Part shown: positions 30,191 through 42,300 of the stretch, piece by piece
Position numbering within the stretch: the first letter of the stretch is position 1
Layout: every line of letters starts with the position of its first letter
From: Chromera velia
Taxonomy: Eukaryota
Reading direction: 5' to 3'
Length of the DNA stretch: 46,842 nt
Assembly (NCBI GenBank): GCA_018398765.1
Contig: JAHBMJ010000476.1
Coordinates: 1-46,842, forward strand
Made by a program: the position numbers and the translations under genes
The notes under the pieces: generated by a model
The model's input: the letters and a program-made list of their open reading frames with translations, nothing else
The model's database searches: none
What the model was told of the DNA's origin: nothing

Positions 30191-31313
30191 AGAGAGAGAG
30201 AAAAAGGAAGAAAAGTCCATATGATATACATACACCGAATAAAAGCAAACGGAAACAGATTGCAGCTCATTTTGTTTAAAAAGGCATCAGAAGAAAGACC
30301 AAGAGAGGGAATGAAAATAGAGAAAGAAAAAGTGGGACGGGTGCCCTTTTGTTATAGAAGGGTAGAACCAAGAGAAGAACACAGAAGGAGAGCAACCTGT
30401 AGAGTAGGAGACAGGACGTTAGCGGGAACAAAGGGAAAAGTACCAGAAAGAGGAGCCTCAGGAGAGAGAGTGCCGTTGGAGGAGAGACTCTTCCCTTTTT
30501 GCAAAGGATGGATAGAAACAGAGGTGTTGGAGGATGAGATCTATATGCTGACTAAGTGACAGTGAGTGTCCGATTTATATGATAGAGAAAGTCTTAGAGC
30601 GGACATGTATAGAACATTAGGAGCAGATTGGAATGAGGGAAGAGAAAAGAGAGCAAGAGAAGTTTGCAGAGAGAAAAGAGAAAGACAAAGAGGAAGACTG
30701 CACACTAAGGCTCTGTTCAAATTCTTGATGAACGAAGGGCATAGTGCGGTAGATGAATTTCTGGGGAGAGCGGCGTTCAGAAGAAGAGTGTTCAAGAAAA
30801 GCTCAGGAAGGTACGCACCTGGAAGCTCGTTAGATGAAACAGTGCTAGCACAGAGATACGGAGTGATCACAAAAAGAAAGGGAGGAACAGAAAGAAGAAA
30901 AGAAGAATATAAAACCATCCTGGAAGCAATGGAAGCAGAAAGACAGCTGAGGGAGGGAAAAGGAGAAATCGCTAAGAGAAGAATGGAGAGAGGGCGTGCA
31001 CAAAGCCAAAGTGTCCTTTCGTCCTGTGTCATTGGATCGATTTTTGGAGTAGTCCCTTCTGAGCAGCCCATAGACTAAAGCATGCAAAGCATAGACAGAT
31101 TGTTATTTATTAGCGGCCTGGGAAACTAGGTGGACCACGGGGTGTGGTCTGAGCCTTAGCAATGAGGTACACCCCCCTGCCGTTTGCGGGGGCGACCTCT
31201 ATAAGATAAAACGGCGACAGTGCTCTAGGGCACCACTAATCATTAATCACTATGTATAGCATATACTAGGGCAGGAGGCCAATCCTCCAGGCATTAATCC
31301 TATCCTATCCTAC
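30191..31313 (+). mobile_element. 5'-truncated LINE copy related to the 19.3-26.7 kb LINE
   Basis: EVLEDEIYMLTK*..LYDRESLRADMYRTLGADWNEGREKRA resembles VVEDEVHVLTEYSLHDAERAMCLQALSDTWNEGRRERA (19967-20212). It ends in the same gggcaggaggccaatcctccag..attaatcctatcctatcct tail. Confidence 0.8.
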
Positions 31314-31847
31314 TAGAGCATATATTGTTTGAGTATGATCATTTCAGGGCTTATATATAATACCTCAGCTTAGGCTGGGGAACGCCCCGCCCTGCTAGCT
31401 CTGGCGACAGATAGACATAGCGGGAAGGCCCTAGGGTGGAACATATCAATCAATCAATCAATCAATTAAAACTGCTAATGAGTTAAGTGGCAAGGCTTTA
31501 AAATAGGTCTAGCAACTGTTTTTATAACTTGAAGAGTTTTTCCTTGAACTACCATGGTAATGGTACTAGTGGTACACGTCTTCAAGTCCGCCGGTTACCA
31601 TCTCATGGTTACCAAACTGACGGTAACTTACTACTGGCTAAAAGGGGCCAGTACTGTGTAAAATCAACTATTAAAAACCCTAGCTAAAACCTAAAAAGAG
31701 AGTTTATCTAGGCGTTCATCCAACTCCCTAAGCAGATCGTAGAGAAGAAGCAAACAGCAACAGCAGCCAGGGAAGACGGGAGGACCAACCGACGCGTCAA
31801 CTTTCTGCAGGCTACCGCGCTCGCTCGCTGTCTCTTGACCGACTGAT

Positions 31848-32007
31848 CACGAAAATCTGACGCACTCCGTGCGAATGGCCCGGAAAGCGAAATTAATTCT
31901 TCTTGGCAAGTTCCGCCTGCTCCTCGCCCAGGGCTCAAATTTGGTAAGTGCCCCTTCTGCTGAATTGTCTTTCCGGGGCCTAGCTTGGCGTGCGTCAGAT
32001 CTTCGTG
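31848..32007. repeat. ~160-bp imperfect inverted repeat
   Basis: cacgaaaatctgacgcac (31848-31865) pairs with gtgcgtcagatcttcgtg (31990-32007, 1 mismatch). Inner ggcccggaaag / ctttccggggcc also pair. Confidence 0.7.
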
Positions 32008-32061
32008 TACGTCGGGCGTCCGTGTGTTCTGGGGTGGGTGCATTTTTTGTTAAGTGCCCTC

Positions 32062-34555
32062 TCAGCTTCGCTTTCCGGGCCATTTGGGTAGGGGCCACTT
32101 CCCAAGTAACTCCACATCCCAGTCCTCCTCCCAAAACAATTTCTCTGGCTCGCCTCTGCGGCGTCTCCGAGTCTGCCGGAAATCGGGCCAGTACTCTTCG
32201 ACGACGCCGGGCAGGAATTGGTCGAGGAAGTCAATGAAGGACTCCGAGGAGAAGAGCGGGGGATCAGGGACCTTCTGCAAGACATTCATTCATTCATTCA
32301 TTCATTCAGTCAGTCAGTCAGTCATTCATTCATTCAGTCAGTCAGTCAGTCATTCATTCATTCAGTCAGTCAGTCATCAGTCAGTCAGTCACTCACTCAG
32401 TCACTCAGTCATCTACTTATTCATTCATTCACTCAGTCATCAGTCAGTCAGTCAGTCATGTACTTATTCATTCGTTCACTCAGTCATCAGTCAGGCAGTC
32501 AGTCATGTACTTATTCATTCGTTCACTCAGTCATCAGTCAGGCAGGCAGGCAGGCAGGGAGGTGAGGGGGATCGACAGAACAACAGGGGGGGGGAGAACG
32601 AAGATGGTGCAGGCACTTCAAGGGAATGACCGCTGCAGGAACAATTCAAGTGAAGTGCGATCTTCGGTTAATTCACCCATTCGTGCCTTCTTCCTTATAC
32701 CGTCTCTAGCTTTCTTTTTCGTTCCTTCCTCGCCTCTCCCCTCCGATCTTTCCCCCCACATGTCCGTCCGTCCGTCCGCCTGTCTGTTTGTCTTCTGGTT
32801 TCAGCTGCTGGAAGGACTCTTTGATCGATCAGTCATTGACAGACAGACTCACTCTGCAACTGACGGAGGGACGGGTGGATCGACTAACTAACTGCCTGCC
32901 TGACCGGAGGCATCACTGGAGGCGGCCGGTCGGGGGGGAAACGGAGGCGGAAGCGCCGGGGAGCGAAACAGCCGCGCAGATTCAGCCGAAGAGCCTCCCC
33001 CTTCTCAAACTCGTGCGTCTCCCACCAGAGCCGCGACTTCTCTGGCTCTTTCATGTACACCTCCAGCTCTTCGTCCATCCACGGCCAGTGACGCGACCGC
33101 CGTACCTTCTCAGCCTGATGAGAAACCACGCGCATACTTAGGTGGTACCAGCGAAACTCGCCTTGTTGGATTTTCTCAATGTTCGACCGCAGCCGATCAC
33201 GAGCATTCCAGACGCGGTACTTCATCCGGGGGTCCTCGCTCTTCGTGTCAAGGAGGGGACGCGCCCACCTCTCTGTGTCACCCCGCCGCCGCACTCCAAC
33301 CAAACCCTCCTCCCCCAGATCACAACCCCACTTCACGTAGTCGCGCTCACACGAATTACCGCCGTACGACAGAAAATCGATCTCGAGCTTCCAGCTCTCT
33401 CTGTCCTCCTCCCCCAATCTGACACACTCAAACTCGGGAGTGCAGAAGTAGGGAGGCACGACGCCCTCACCGCAGAGGCGGAGAAGCAGGGGGTCGTACT
33501 GCCGCGCTCTCAGCGCGAAGTCGAGGATCTGAGCGCGCACGTGCGCACTCCGAAACACGCACTGGGAAGGGGAAGCAGACGCCGGAGAGCTCTGCTTGTT
33601 CTTCTTCTTCGTGATCTGCCCCTGCCCCCTCTCGGCAGTGAGGGGTGCAAACTGCTGAAGCGGCGGAGATGATGAGTAGGGGAGGTTGGTAATGCCGGGT
33701 CCGTCGTCTGATATCTGGGCCCTCCCCTCTTCCTCTTCCAAGACATCCGCTGGCAGGGGAACCTCAGCGTTAGCCTGGCCGTCTCTCTTCTTCGACTTCC
33801 ACGCACCTTCAGGGGTTGAAGGAGCTACCCTGCTGCTGCTCTGCTGTGGAGCAATTCTCAACACTGAATCACCCCCACGCTCACTGACAGGAGCATGACG
33901 GTGCTGGCGAGGAAGAGGTATTGGACCTGTCGGTGCCTGAACACATACAGGAAGCGAAAAAAGGGGTGCACGGGGGGTAAGCGCCGTACTAAGCGGTGCC
34001 AGATCGATCGATGCTTTGAGCTTCATTTCCTTAAGGGAGGGAGGGAGGGAGGGAGCCCCTCCGTTCCCTCCACGAATCAGACTGAGGAGAGCTGAGAAAG
34101 AAAGGTCAAAGGTGGAGAAAACAAAACGGAAAGAGCAGACAAACTGAGACACCCGAAAAGACGGTGCGCTGCAAGAAGAGATACCATGTAAGGATACCAT
34201 CTCCTTCCACACATCCTTGCCCGATCTCCTGCACGCATGCACGAACGTACGTACCTGTGTCATGTGTACATGCCCGAAGGAGTCCTGCCGCTGCCCCCGT
34301 CCCCGCGAAGGCGTTCATGTGGGCACACAGGAAAACACCGCCAGAGCTCCCTGGTGGAAATGAAGAAGAGTTGCCAACTTGAGGGGAATAGAGGCGATGA
34401 TGATGGTGCCCGAGCAGGCCAGGTCGCACATAGTGATAATCGGTGCCGTTGTGACTGGAGGACTGTGTCGAGGGACGTGGCACTGCACCCGTCGCCGCGA
34501 CCCCCTGCCCCGACTGATTGTGTTCAGACTGAGGGAAGGAGGACGCTCCCTGCAT
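32062..34555 (-). CDS. Uncharacterised multi-exon protein (Trp/Arg/Glu-rich C-terminal domain)
   Basis: Candidate ATG at 34555 (MQGASSF); donor cag|gtacgt at 34255; ~1-kb non-repetitive coding exon ~33930-32905 ending at donor gtcagg; in-phase last exon 32274-32062 after a (TCAT/TCAG)n intron. No recognised domain. Confidence 0.6.
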
Positions 34556-35732
34556 GTTGTTGCTGTTGTACTGTGCGCATATGCAGCAATACCCCAGGCC
34601 GGGCCTGAGGTTGGCCGTGTTGGTGCTGCAAGGGCTGTTGAGAGTCTCCCCACCCCCCTCCCCTCTCTCCCCTCCCTCCCCGCAACCCCGGGGCCCACCC
34701 ATTCAAGTTTGAAGGTTGTTGGTGTTGAATCAATTGCTGTTGCTGACGAAATATGTGCCCCGCAGTCCGATTGCCACAGCATACAGGACCCGGGAAGACC
34801 CTGCAGGCTCCAGGCGTGGCAGAAGAAGAAACCACGACGGGACCAAGCGGGCGACTGACTTCAGGATGATGGAAAAGTTTTTCGTTTGAAGGGAGCATAT
34901 GGCCGATCTCACGCAGATTTCAGTATCGATCGATCATGCACGCTCAAGGGAGGCCGGCTTTCGGGAGTGGCACGCTCGTTAAATATGTGGCTGGCAGGGA
35001 AATCTGTCTGACGTTCAGGTTCACTTGCACGTCTCGATCTGGAAGAGATCGAAAGCCACCTATTAATAGCTTGCACCAGCTTGTAACTCTCAGTGCTTCT
35101 TGATGCTTGTTGTGAATCTTGTGATTCTTCTATACCACTTTCCCATGCATACTTTCCCTGCATGCGACAAGTCGTCGCGCGCGGTGTAAGTGCCCCCGCG
35201 CGCGGGCGCCAAATGGCGCCAAGCTCCGCTCCAAGTCATGCATGCAAGACCCACCTCAACTCTTTGTAACTGCCCTATAACTGCCCTTCAGCTTCGCTTT
35301 CCGCGGGCCAAGACATCAGGCATCATCATGCCGTGTCGCTATTCATATGATATCAATAATATGTGACTTTTCCATTTTCTGTACGAGCCTTCTTCACGCG
35401 GTGCTTTCAGAAATTCAGAAAGATCCACGGAAGCATTTCCACAAAATCGAACTCTCATGAGAACATAATCGCCCCAAAGGCGTTTCTCTCTCTAAGGATG
35501 AGTTTCCAGCAGACGAGAGAGAAGAAGAAGAGCAGCGCGAATGCGAACAGGAGGCAGTAGCAGGGCAACTCGACACAGCCAGACGGGAAGCTCTCATGGA
35601 TGCATGTCTCCGGTCTTCCGCGATGTAGGTCGTCTCCCTAGCTGTTGCTTTAGATCTCCATCCGGACAACTTATCAGTTCAAAAAATGTCAACGTGCATC
35701 TTGATAAGTCCATACGTTGCTTCTGATTGTAG

Positions 35733-36577
35733 GTGTGGCCTCCACGCACACGCATAAGGCGAAGCGAGTTATCAAAGAGTACCTGAAAAGCCTCGGAGCG
35801 CCGGCGCGTGACGTGAGCATTGTGAGCAAGAAAGATAAGCTCTACGGGTGCGTGAAGTACCGTAAAGAGGCTCAGATGCAAAATGCACTGAGAGCTGCAA
35901 AGCAAGCGGCTGAGTCCAAAAACGCTCTGGAATTTTTGGGTCACACGATCCGTTTTTCCGAAGGCAAGCAAGGAGTGACACAACAGACTGTCAGCAGAAT
36001 GAGCGCTGCGGGGGGCGGGCAGGCTGGTGACGGTCTGGAGTCTTCAACCACAGAGTGGCTTGGAGAGGCTGAGGTGGAGGGACTAGTAGCGTGGGGAGAG
36101 GATACAGATTGGGTTGGAGACGCCGAGGGTGCGTGGGGAGAGGATACAGAGGGGGTTGGAGACGTCGAGGCGGAGGGAAGTGCCACAGAGGGGCTTGGAG
36201 AGGCTGAGATGGAGGGAGAGGTCACACATGCATTTGAGGACGCTGAGGCGGAGGGACGAGCAGCGTGGGGAGGGGATACAGAGGGGGTTGGAGAGGTTGA
36301 GGCGGAGGGAAGTGCCACAGAGGGGGGCGGAGGCGCTGGCGCGGAGGAAGAGCGGGAACAGGTAGAACGATTCAACCCTGGGGTGGTATCCTTTGCCCCC
36401 CATGCACCCTTCCACACAGGGTCGCATCACACCTCCAACCACCCCCCTCGCAGCGCTCAACCAAGATCGCCGCCACTGCGTCCGACCCCGGGCGTGTTCA
36501 GTCACACCTTCGGTGCCTTCCCGATAATTGGTTGGGTTGTTTCCTTCTGCCATCTCTTTTCCTATTTCAACCCGTAA
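35733..36577 (+). CDS. Putative RRM-like domain followed by acidic Gly/Glu repeats; start unresolved
   Basis: IKEYLKSLG..VSIV..LYGCVKY..MQNAL..LEFLGHTIRF resembles RRM/RNP1 spacing. The AWGEDTEGVGDVEAEGSATEG block recurs 132 nt later. Possible acceptor tgtag at ~35732. Confidence 0.45.
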
Positions 36578-36651
36578 ACCCATGAGCCAGAGGGAAAGAA
36601 GAAAAGAAGAAACCTATAGTTTGTCTGTGTCTCTGCCTCCCCGCCCGCCTC

Positions 36652-36654
<3 letters not shown>

Positions 36655-36703
<49 letters not shown>

Positions 36704-36838
36704 CTCTCTCTCGCTCTCTCTCTCTCTGTGTCTCGTTCTGTCTCTTGCTCTCTCTCTCCCTCTCTCTCTCTCTCTCTGCTTCTATCTCTCGCTCTCTCTC
36801 TTTGCTTCTCTCTCTCTCCCTCGCTCTCGCTCTCTCTC

Positions 36839-36885
<47 letters not shown>

Positions 36886-36960
36886 TTCTATCTCTCGCTC
36901 TCTCTCTTTGCTTCTCTCTCTCTCTCTCTCTATATGTGTGTGTGTGTGTGTGTCTCTGTC
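36655..36960. repeat. Compound (CT)n/(GT)n microsatellite
   Basis: Direct reading. Confidence 0.95.
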
Positions 36961-37043
36961 TGTCTGTCTATCTGTCTGTCTACCCCTGTCTAAAGAACAT
37001 GACGGTGCCGGTCCCCACGTGCAGTTTTCTTTTTTCGTTTTGT

Positions 37044-37326
37044 TGTCATTTTTTAATTTTTGTTGGTTTTTCTTGCCTTGTTTTCTTTTCTTCTCTTTCC
37101 TGTCTTGAGTGGAAGCAGCAGAGGAGTTACTGTAGCGTGTGAAACTAGTGATCACGTGAAAGTCTGTCGGGAGGTGGAGAGGCAAGGGGCGCTTAACTCT
37201 CACCTTTCGGGCCCCCTGCCCACTTTGTCTGAGTTGTCGTGATGTTCCTTTGTCTTTGTTGCTTTCTTTCTTTTTGTCTACTGTGTCCATGAAGAAAAGA
37301 AGGGAGAAGAAAAAACATATAGTCTG

Positions 37327-37358
<32 letters not shown>

Positions 37359-37525
37359 TGTGTGTAAGTAAAAGGCAAGGGGGGCTTCACTCTCACCTTT
37401 CGGGCCCCCTGCCCACTTTGTCTGAGCTGTCGTGATGTTCTTTTGTCTTTGTTGCTTTTCTTCTTTCTGTCTATTGTGTTTATGAAGAAAAGGAGGGAGA
37501 AGAAGAAGAAACATATACTAGTCTG
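37044..37525 (-). repeat. Dispersed repeat copy 2 plus partial third copy
   Basis: Inverted copy of 6005-6305 at 37044-~37330. The tctcacctttcgggccccctgcccactttgtctgag segment is repeated again at ~37372-37525. Confidence 0.85.
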
Positions 37526-39399
37526 TCTTTCTGTGTCTGCTATCTGCTGTCTGTGTCTCTGTCAACGTCTCTGTCTGTCTAAAAACAGAAGAGAATGAAG
37601 AAAGAGAAAAAGGAAAAGAAAAGACGATATAGTCGGTGTGGTTGCTCGTTTGTCTGTGAAAGAAAGGAAGAGAAAAAAGGAAAAGAAGAGACGATATGGT
37701 CGGTCTGCTTGTTTGCTTGTCTGTGAAAGAAAGGAAGAGAAAGAAGGAAAGAAGGGACGATACAGTCTGTCTGTCTCTTACCCCGGGAGAAGAAATCAAA
37801 AGATGAAGGGTATCCCAAAAGAAGAAAAGAAACCACGATTCTCCAAGCGAAAGGAAACGAAGGGCACGAACCTATCCAGATTAAAAGAATGTGGAAGTGC
37901 ACAAGCGTAAGCCTGCACTGGGCAAAGAAGGGCCAAAGAGTACCCTATTGGCCTGGAGGTCTGCATGGTAATCTTCTACTGAGAGCGCGCCAAAAGAAGA
38001 AAGAAAACACCAAAACAAAGTAAAAGGAAAAAGGGAGGAGAGAAAGAAGACAAAGAATGAAAAACGACATAGTAAATTGAGTGGGAGCAGCTGGAAGAAG
38101 CATGTGAGCATGTATGAACCAGTAATCACATTCTTCCTTTTTTGAAGAGAAGGAGGGAAAGAAACTACGTAGTCTGTCTGTCTGTCTGTCTGCCTGCCTG
38201 TCTGTCTGTCTGTCTATGTGCCTGCCTGCCTGCCTGCGTGTCTGTCTGTATGCGAAGGCAGGAAGAAAAACAATATAATCTGTCTGTATGTCTGCGTCTG
38301 TCTATGGATATCTCTCCGTCTCTTTCTCTCCCTCTCACTGCATACAGCCCCATGGCCTGCTCAGCTCCCAATGCCACTAAAGTCGCATCAGCCGCGGATC
38401 CCCCAGCCTCCCAACGGCTCAGGGTGCTTCTGACTTAATTCAGGGACCTCAACGCCATATTAAAGCAAGTGAAGAAAGGAAAGGGAAACTGGGGAGACAC
38501 TTTGCTGGCAAATAGAGAGCAAGGCAAGAGTGTTGACAGATAATAAGGCTCAGAAGGCTTATAATTCGCTTGATGTCTCATAACAGAAAGGCACAGATAA
38601 AGTTTGATTCTGGTAATGAAAGCTGTGTAAGTCATCATCATACAAAGAAAACTCAGAAAAGTCTAGCAAAAATTACGCTGTAAAAAACTTAATTAATATG
38701 ATATTCTGTAGAAAAATGCTAAGTAATGTTAAGTCTTATAGGGCACATGTTTTTTTAGCTAACATATTCAGGCATAATTCAGCTAAAGTTCTACCCTTCA
38801 TGAGATCGCTTTTAATAATTTATTTGCTTTTCACATGAATTGTAATAAGAGCCTGGAGAATGATAATTTAAACGCTAGAAAGCAGTAAAACTAGCACTAA
38901 AACGTTGAGAAAACGTGTGAAAACTAAAAATAAGTTAAATAACAAAAACAGTAGAGTATCAAAAACTACACGTTTACACCAAATTGTCATCAATTAAAAG
39001 TGAACCTGTTTTTTAACCTGATTCAGGTTCATTAATTAGTGACTCATTACTTCGAAGTGAACCTTAAATCTTGAACCTTTTGCTAGCACTTAAAAAAAAA
39101 AAGAATCAATGATACACACGATAAAACGAATTAAAATTTTGTTAGGCCAGAATAGCGGGGAAATGAAGTTTAATTTTAATCACTTGCTGAACGAAAGCGT
39201 TTTAAAGTTGGTACGTCTGGGCCGGCCGATTTAAAATATCATGACCACTGCACTTCCAACGATGCTCAGCTTGAATGCAGGAGTGCGTTTTCAATTAATC
39301 AAATTAATGAAAAAACAAATCAAAGATGCTTCATGCCTCCTAGCTCGGCAACCTTGGACCAGAAAAAATGAAAACGTGATCTCAGATCCAGAGAAGCTT

Positions 39400-42300
39400 T
39401 TGTACGTCCCTACTCCCCCTCCCTCCGGGTGCGGTCAGATTCCCTGCGGCCACCTCCTGTTGAGACCTTCTTGCTGCTCGAAGACTTTGACCTCTCTGTA
39501 TGCTTTCCCCCCCCCTCCACTTTTTTCTTCTCTTGGGACACGAACCCCACGCTTCTGTGACCATGTCCCTTCTCCTTTTTTTCTCGAGGGCTGCGAGAGG
39601 CTCCTCCGCTTCTCTCCTTCTCCTCCTCCCCTCGAGAAAGCAATGCCACCTCCTGATCTGCAACAGTCTTTCCGGGGGCAGCTGGAGAGTTGACTGTGAT
39701 GGAGATGGAGGACCGCCCCGTGTGCCCCTGTCGCCCCCCTCTGGAGTTGGAGGAGGAGGAGGAGGAGGAGGGGCTATTCAAAACCCCATTCCATCCCTCT
39801 GATGCCTCACTCGGCTCTCTCCTCACAGGGTCATCTCCAGACGAGACAGACCTCCTCCCCCTCACATGACGGGGACGGTAGGGGCAGGAGGCCTTGGAGG
39901 GCTGCAACAGAAGAGACGAAAGCGTGCGCATCTCTCTCGGTGCTGATCAAATGGAAGAAACCGAGGAGATCCTTTCCGGTGTTGAAGTTTCTGGCGGGAA
40001 ACTCCTTTTTGAAAATTCAAATGGAACAATGTGACGAGTGTGACGAGAGAGGGGGGGGAGGAACAGTAATGGTGTACTTCTGCAGGGAGGAAACCAAACA
40101 TTTGGTGTGCACCGACAAGGAACGGAGTCGACAGGCAGGGACGAAGGATGAAAAGACCAACACCTCCGTGTCTCTCATCCACCCGCCTATGTGCACCCAC
40201 CAACTGACCCACCCACCGACCCACCCAGGTTTGTGAAAGGAACCAGCCAATGTGAACGCCCACCCCTTCTCCTACAGAGAAGGTCAAACAGGAATTTGGA
40301 AGGGGAGTGGAGGAGGACGCATGACGCGATGGAGGGGTTGAGTCACCAGGGGGTGAGACGTTGGAGGACCCCGTTGGTCTTCCATCAGAGTCCTCCTCTC
40401 TACTGGAGGGTGAATTCTCATCTGTTCCCTTTGTCGTCACAGGATTTTCTTCTAAGTCCGGATACAGTTCCTGCGTCTCCCCGTTTCTGCTGTGAGGGTC
40501 CATACCGTTTCTCTGGCTGTCACTTGGCTGTGTTGCATTTGTTGTTGGTGTTTCTGTTTTGAAGAAGTCGACCTGGACGACAGTGTTCAGAATAGAGTCT
40601 GGAAGGCTGACGAGGCCTCTGTTCCTCAACGACGGACAATGTACGCCCTCGACTATCCAGAAAGCTGTCAGCTCGCACCTGCGTGCATGCACAGGGGGGA
40701 GGGGGAGTGAAAGCAAAAAGGGGAAGGGACATAGAAGGCAGATGAAAACACGAACAACAAGAAATGATACCATCTGTTCGGTTAGGGAATTGTGCAGCAA
40801 CGATAGACAGGGAGGGAGCCCGTGGAAATGCATCGAAATGCAAACCTGCGCACCCTGCCAAATGAGACTTACTTTCTCTGCTACTCCATTTCTCTCAACA
40901 AATCCACGCAACACCAACCACGCAGCAGAAAACTGCAAAAAGAAAAATGGAGAAGGAAAGCAGAAACCAGAAAACAAAAAAAGCCCCGACGCTATCAGAC
41001 GAACCTCAGATAGATCCAAATCAGGAGCACAAAAGAGAAGGAGACCATCCGAAAATCTTGCCCAACCCAGCGGTAGAAGAGGTCGAAGAGAAGATACAAC
41101 ACAAACGGAGTCCATAACCCCTGCATGATCGAATGCATACAGGCAAAAGAGGTTCAGCAAAGCGAACACCTTCCTTCAAAACTTTGCGGAGCTACTTCGC
41201 AAGTCTTCTTTTAAACTCACGTCCCAGTAGCACTTATCGATACGCCCAGAGACTAGCATGTATTGGTGGTCGGCAGTTAAGTTGGAGGAAGAGAACCAAA
41301 AGTACAGAGAGGGAAATAGACATACAAGGTAAGAACCACGGAGGAAAAGAAAACCAAGCAGCGAAATTTAGCATCTCTGCACGTTTTCGGTATGTGTGGC
41401 TCTGCGATGGATGCTTTCATTTTCTGACCGACCGAAGTCAGCGCCCCCTTTTCCTCGAAGAATCTCCTCTTCGCGAGTTCTGTTCCCGCAAGGCCCCCCA
41501 CTGCCGTCATGAAAGGTGCGGTCACGACTGCGTAATGCAACCCCTGCCTTTTTACCTCTGGGTTCTCAAGGATTCCGGAGTCGGGAAAGAGAGATGTGTA
41601 GAAGCTCAGCTGTACACACACAGACACAGACGCACACACACACATTTTGACTCTTCGTATCCTAATGAGTCCTCTGGTTTCTACTCGTGAATGCAGATTC
41701 AAAGAGACAGAACAGGAATGCCGAGTAGCTAATGCCTTCCGCATTTACACAGCACCCCTTCATGTTGGCGAAAGAATTTTTCTTCCTGAAAACTGGCCAC
41801 CTTTCCTAGGGATCTTTCTCACTCATTCAGTCACTCACTCAGTCATTCACTCAGTCACTCACTCAGTCACTCACTCAGTCACTCACTCACTCACTCACTC
41901 ACTCACTCAATCAATCAATCAATCAATCCATTACTCCTTCACTCTGATGCTTTCTACCACCCTACCTCCCGCCCACCCACTGACGGACCACAGCGACCAC
42001 GGCAGCCGAGCAGATCCCGTACACCATCAGGCCTCGGGGGTCCCTCACGTGATCTTTCCAGAGAATTCGTCTGATAAATCGAACACAGACATGCATGTAG
42101 TAAGTGCGGGAAGTCAGTTTTGCAATCGATAGACGATCGGATGGCGCTGCATCTATCTTGGCGTGTGTGTGGAAGAGGCGGATCAGAAGAGGAAGACAAG
42201 AACTAAAAAGAAGGAAGGAAGACACAAAGAAAGAAAGAAAGAGATGGTGGAGCGAGAAACGGGCAGTGCAGGAAAGACTGAGACAAGATCTTGCAAGGGA

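Larger units (their letters stand above)
27342..31660. mobile_element. TIR element expanded by nested insertions
   Basis: Termini tacacagta / tactgtgta. Flanking direct repeat aaatcaac (27334-27341, 31661-31668), extendable to taaaatcaacta if the termini are read as CACAGTA. GGTTACC/GGTAAC-rich subterminal regions at both ends. Confidence 0.7.

Noticed and set aside
31109..31240. Hammerhead or HDV-like ribozyme call
   Set aside because: There is no CUGANGA...GAAA core in the right order, and the HDV P1/P3/L3 topology could not be fitted. Kept only as an unclassified structured RNA.
36528..37290. 204-242 aa ORFs (LSLSLS / RERERE)
   Set aside because: They are (CT)n microsatellite plus dispersed-repeat read-through.
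37880..38640. Possible decayed LRR-like or other coding fragments
   Set aside because: Only a vague LRSLN-type match with stops; not supportable.
38640..39240. AT-rich block as a DNA transposon
   Set aside because: Composition suggests a TE relic, but I could not find TIRs or a TSD.
39862..41169. 435-aa ORF as a single-exon gene
   Set aside because: It contains intron-like pyrimidine and repeat stretches with GT/AG boundaries; more likely several exons of the larger spliced gene.
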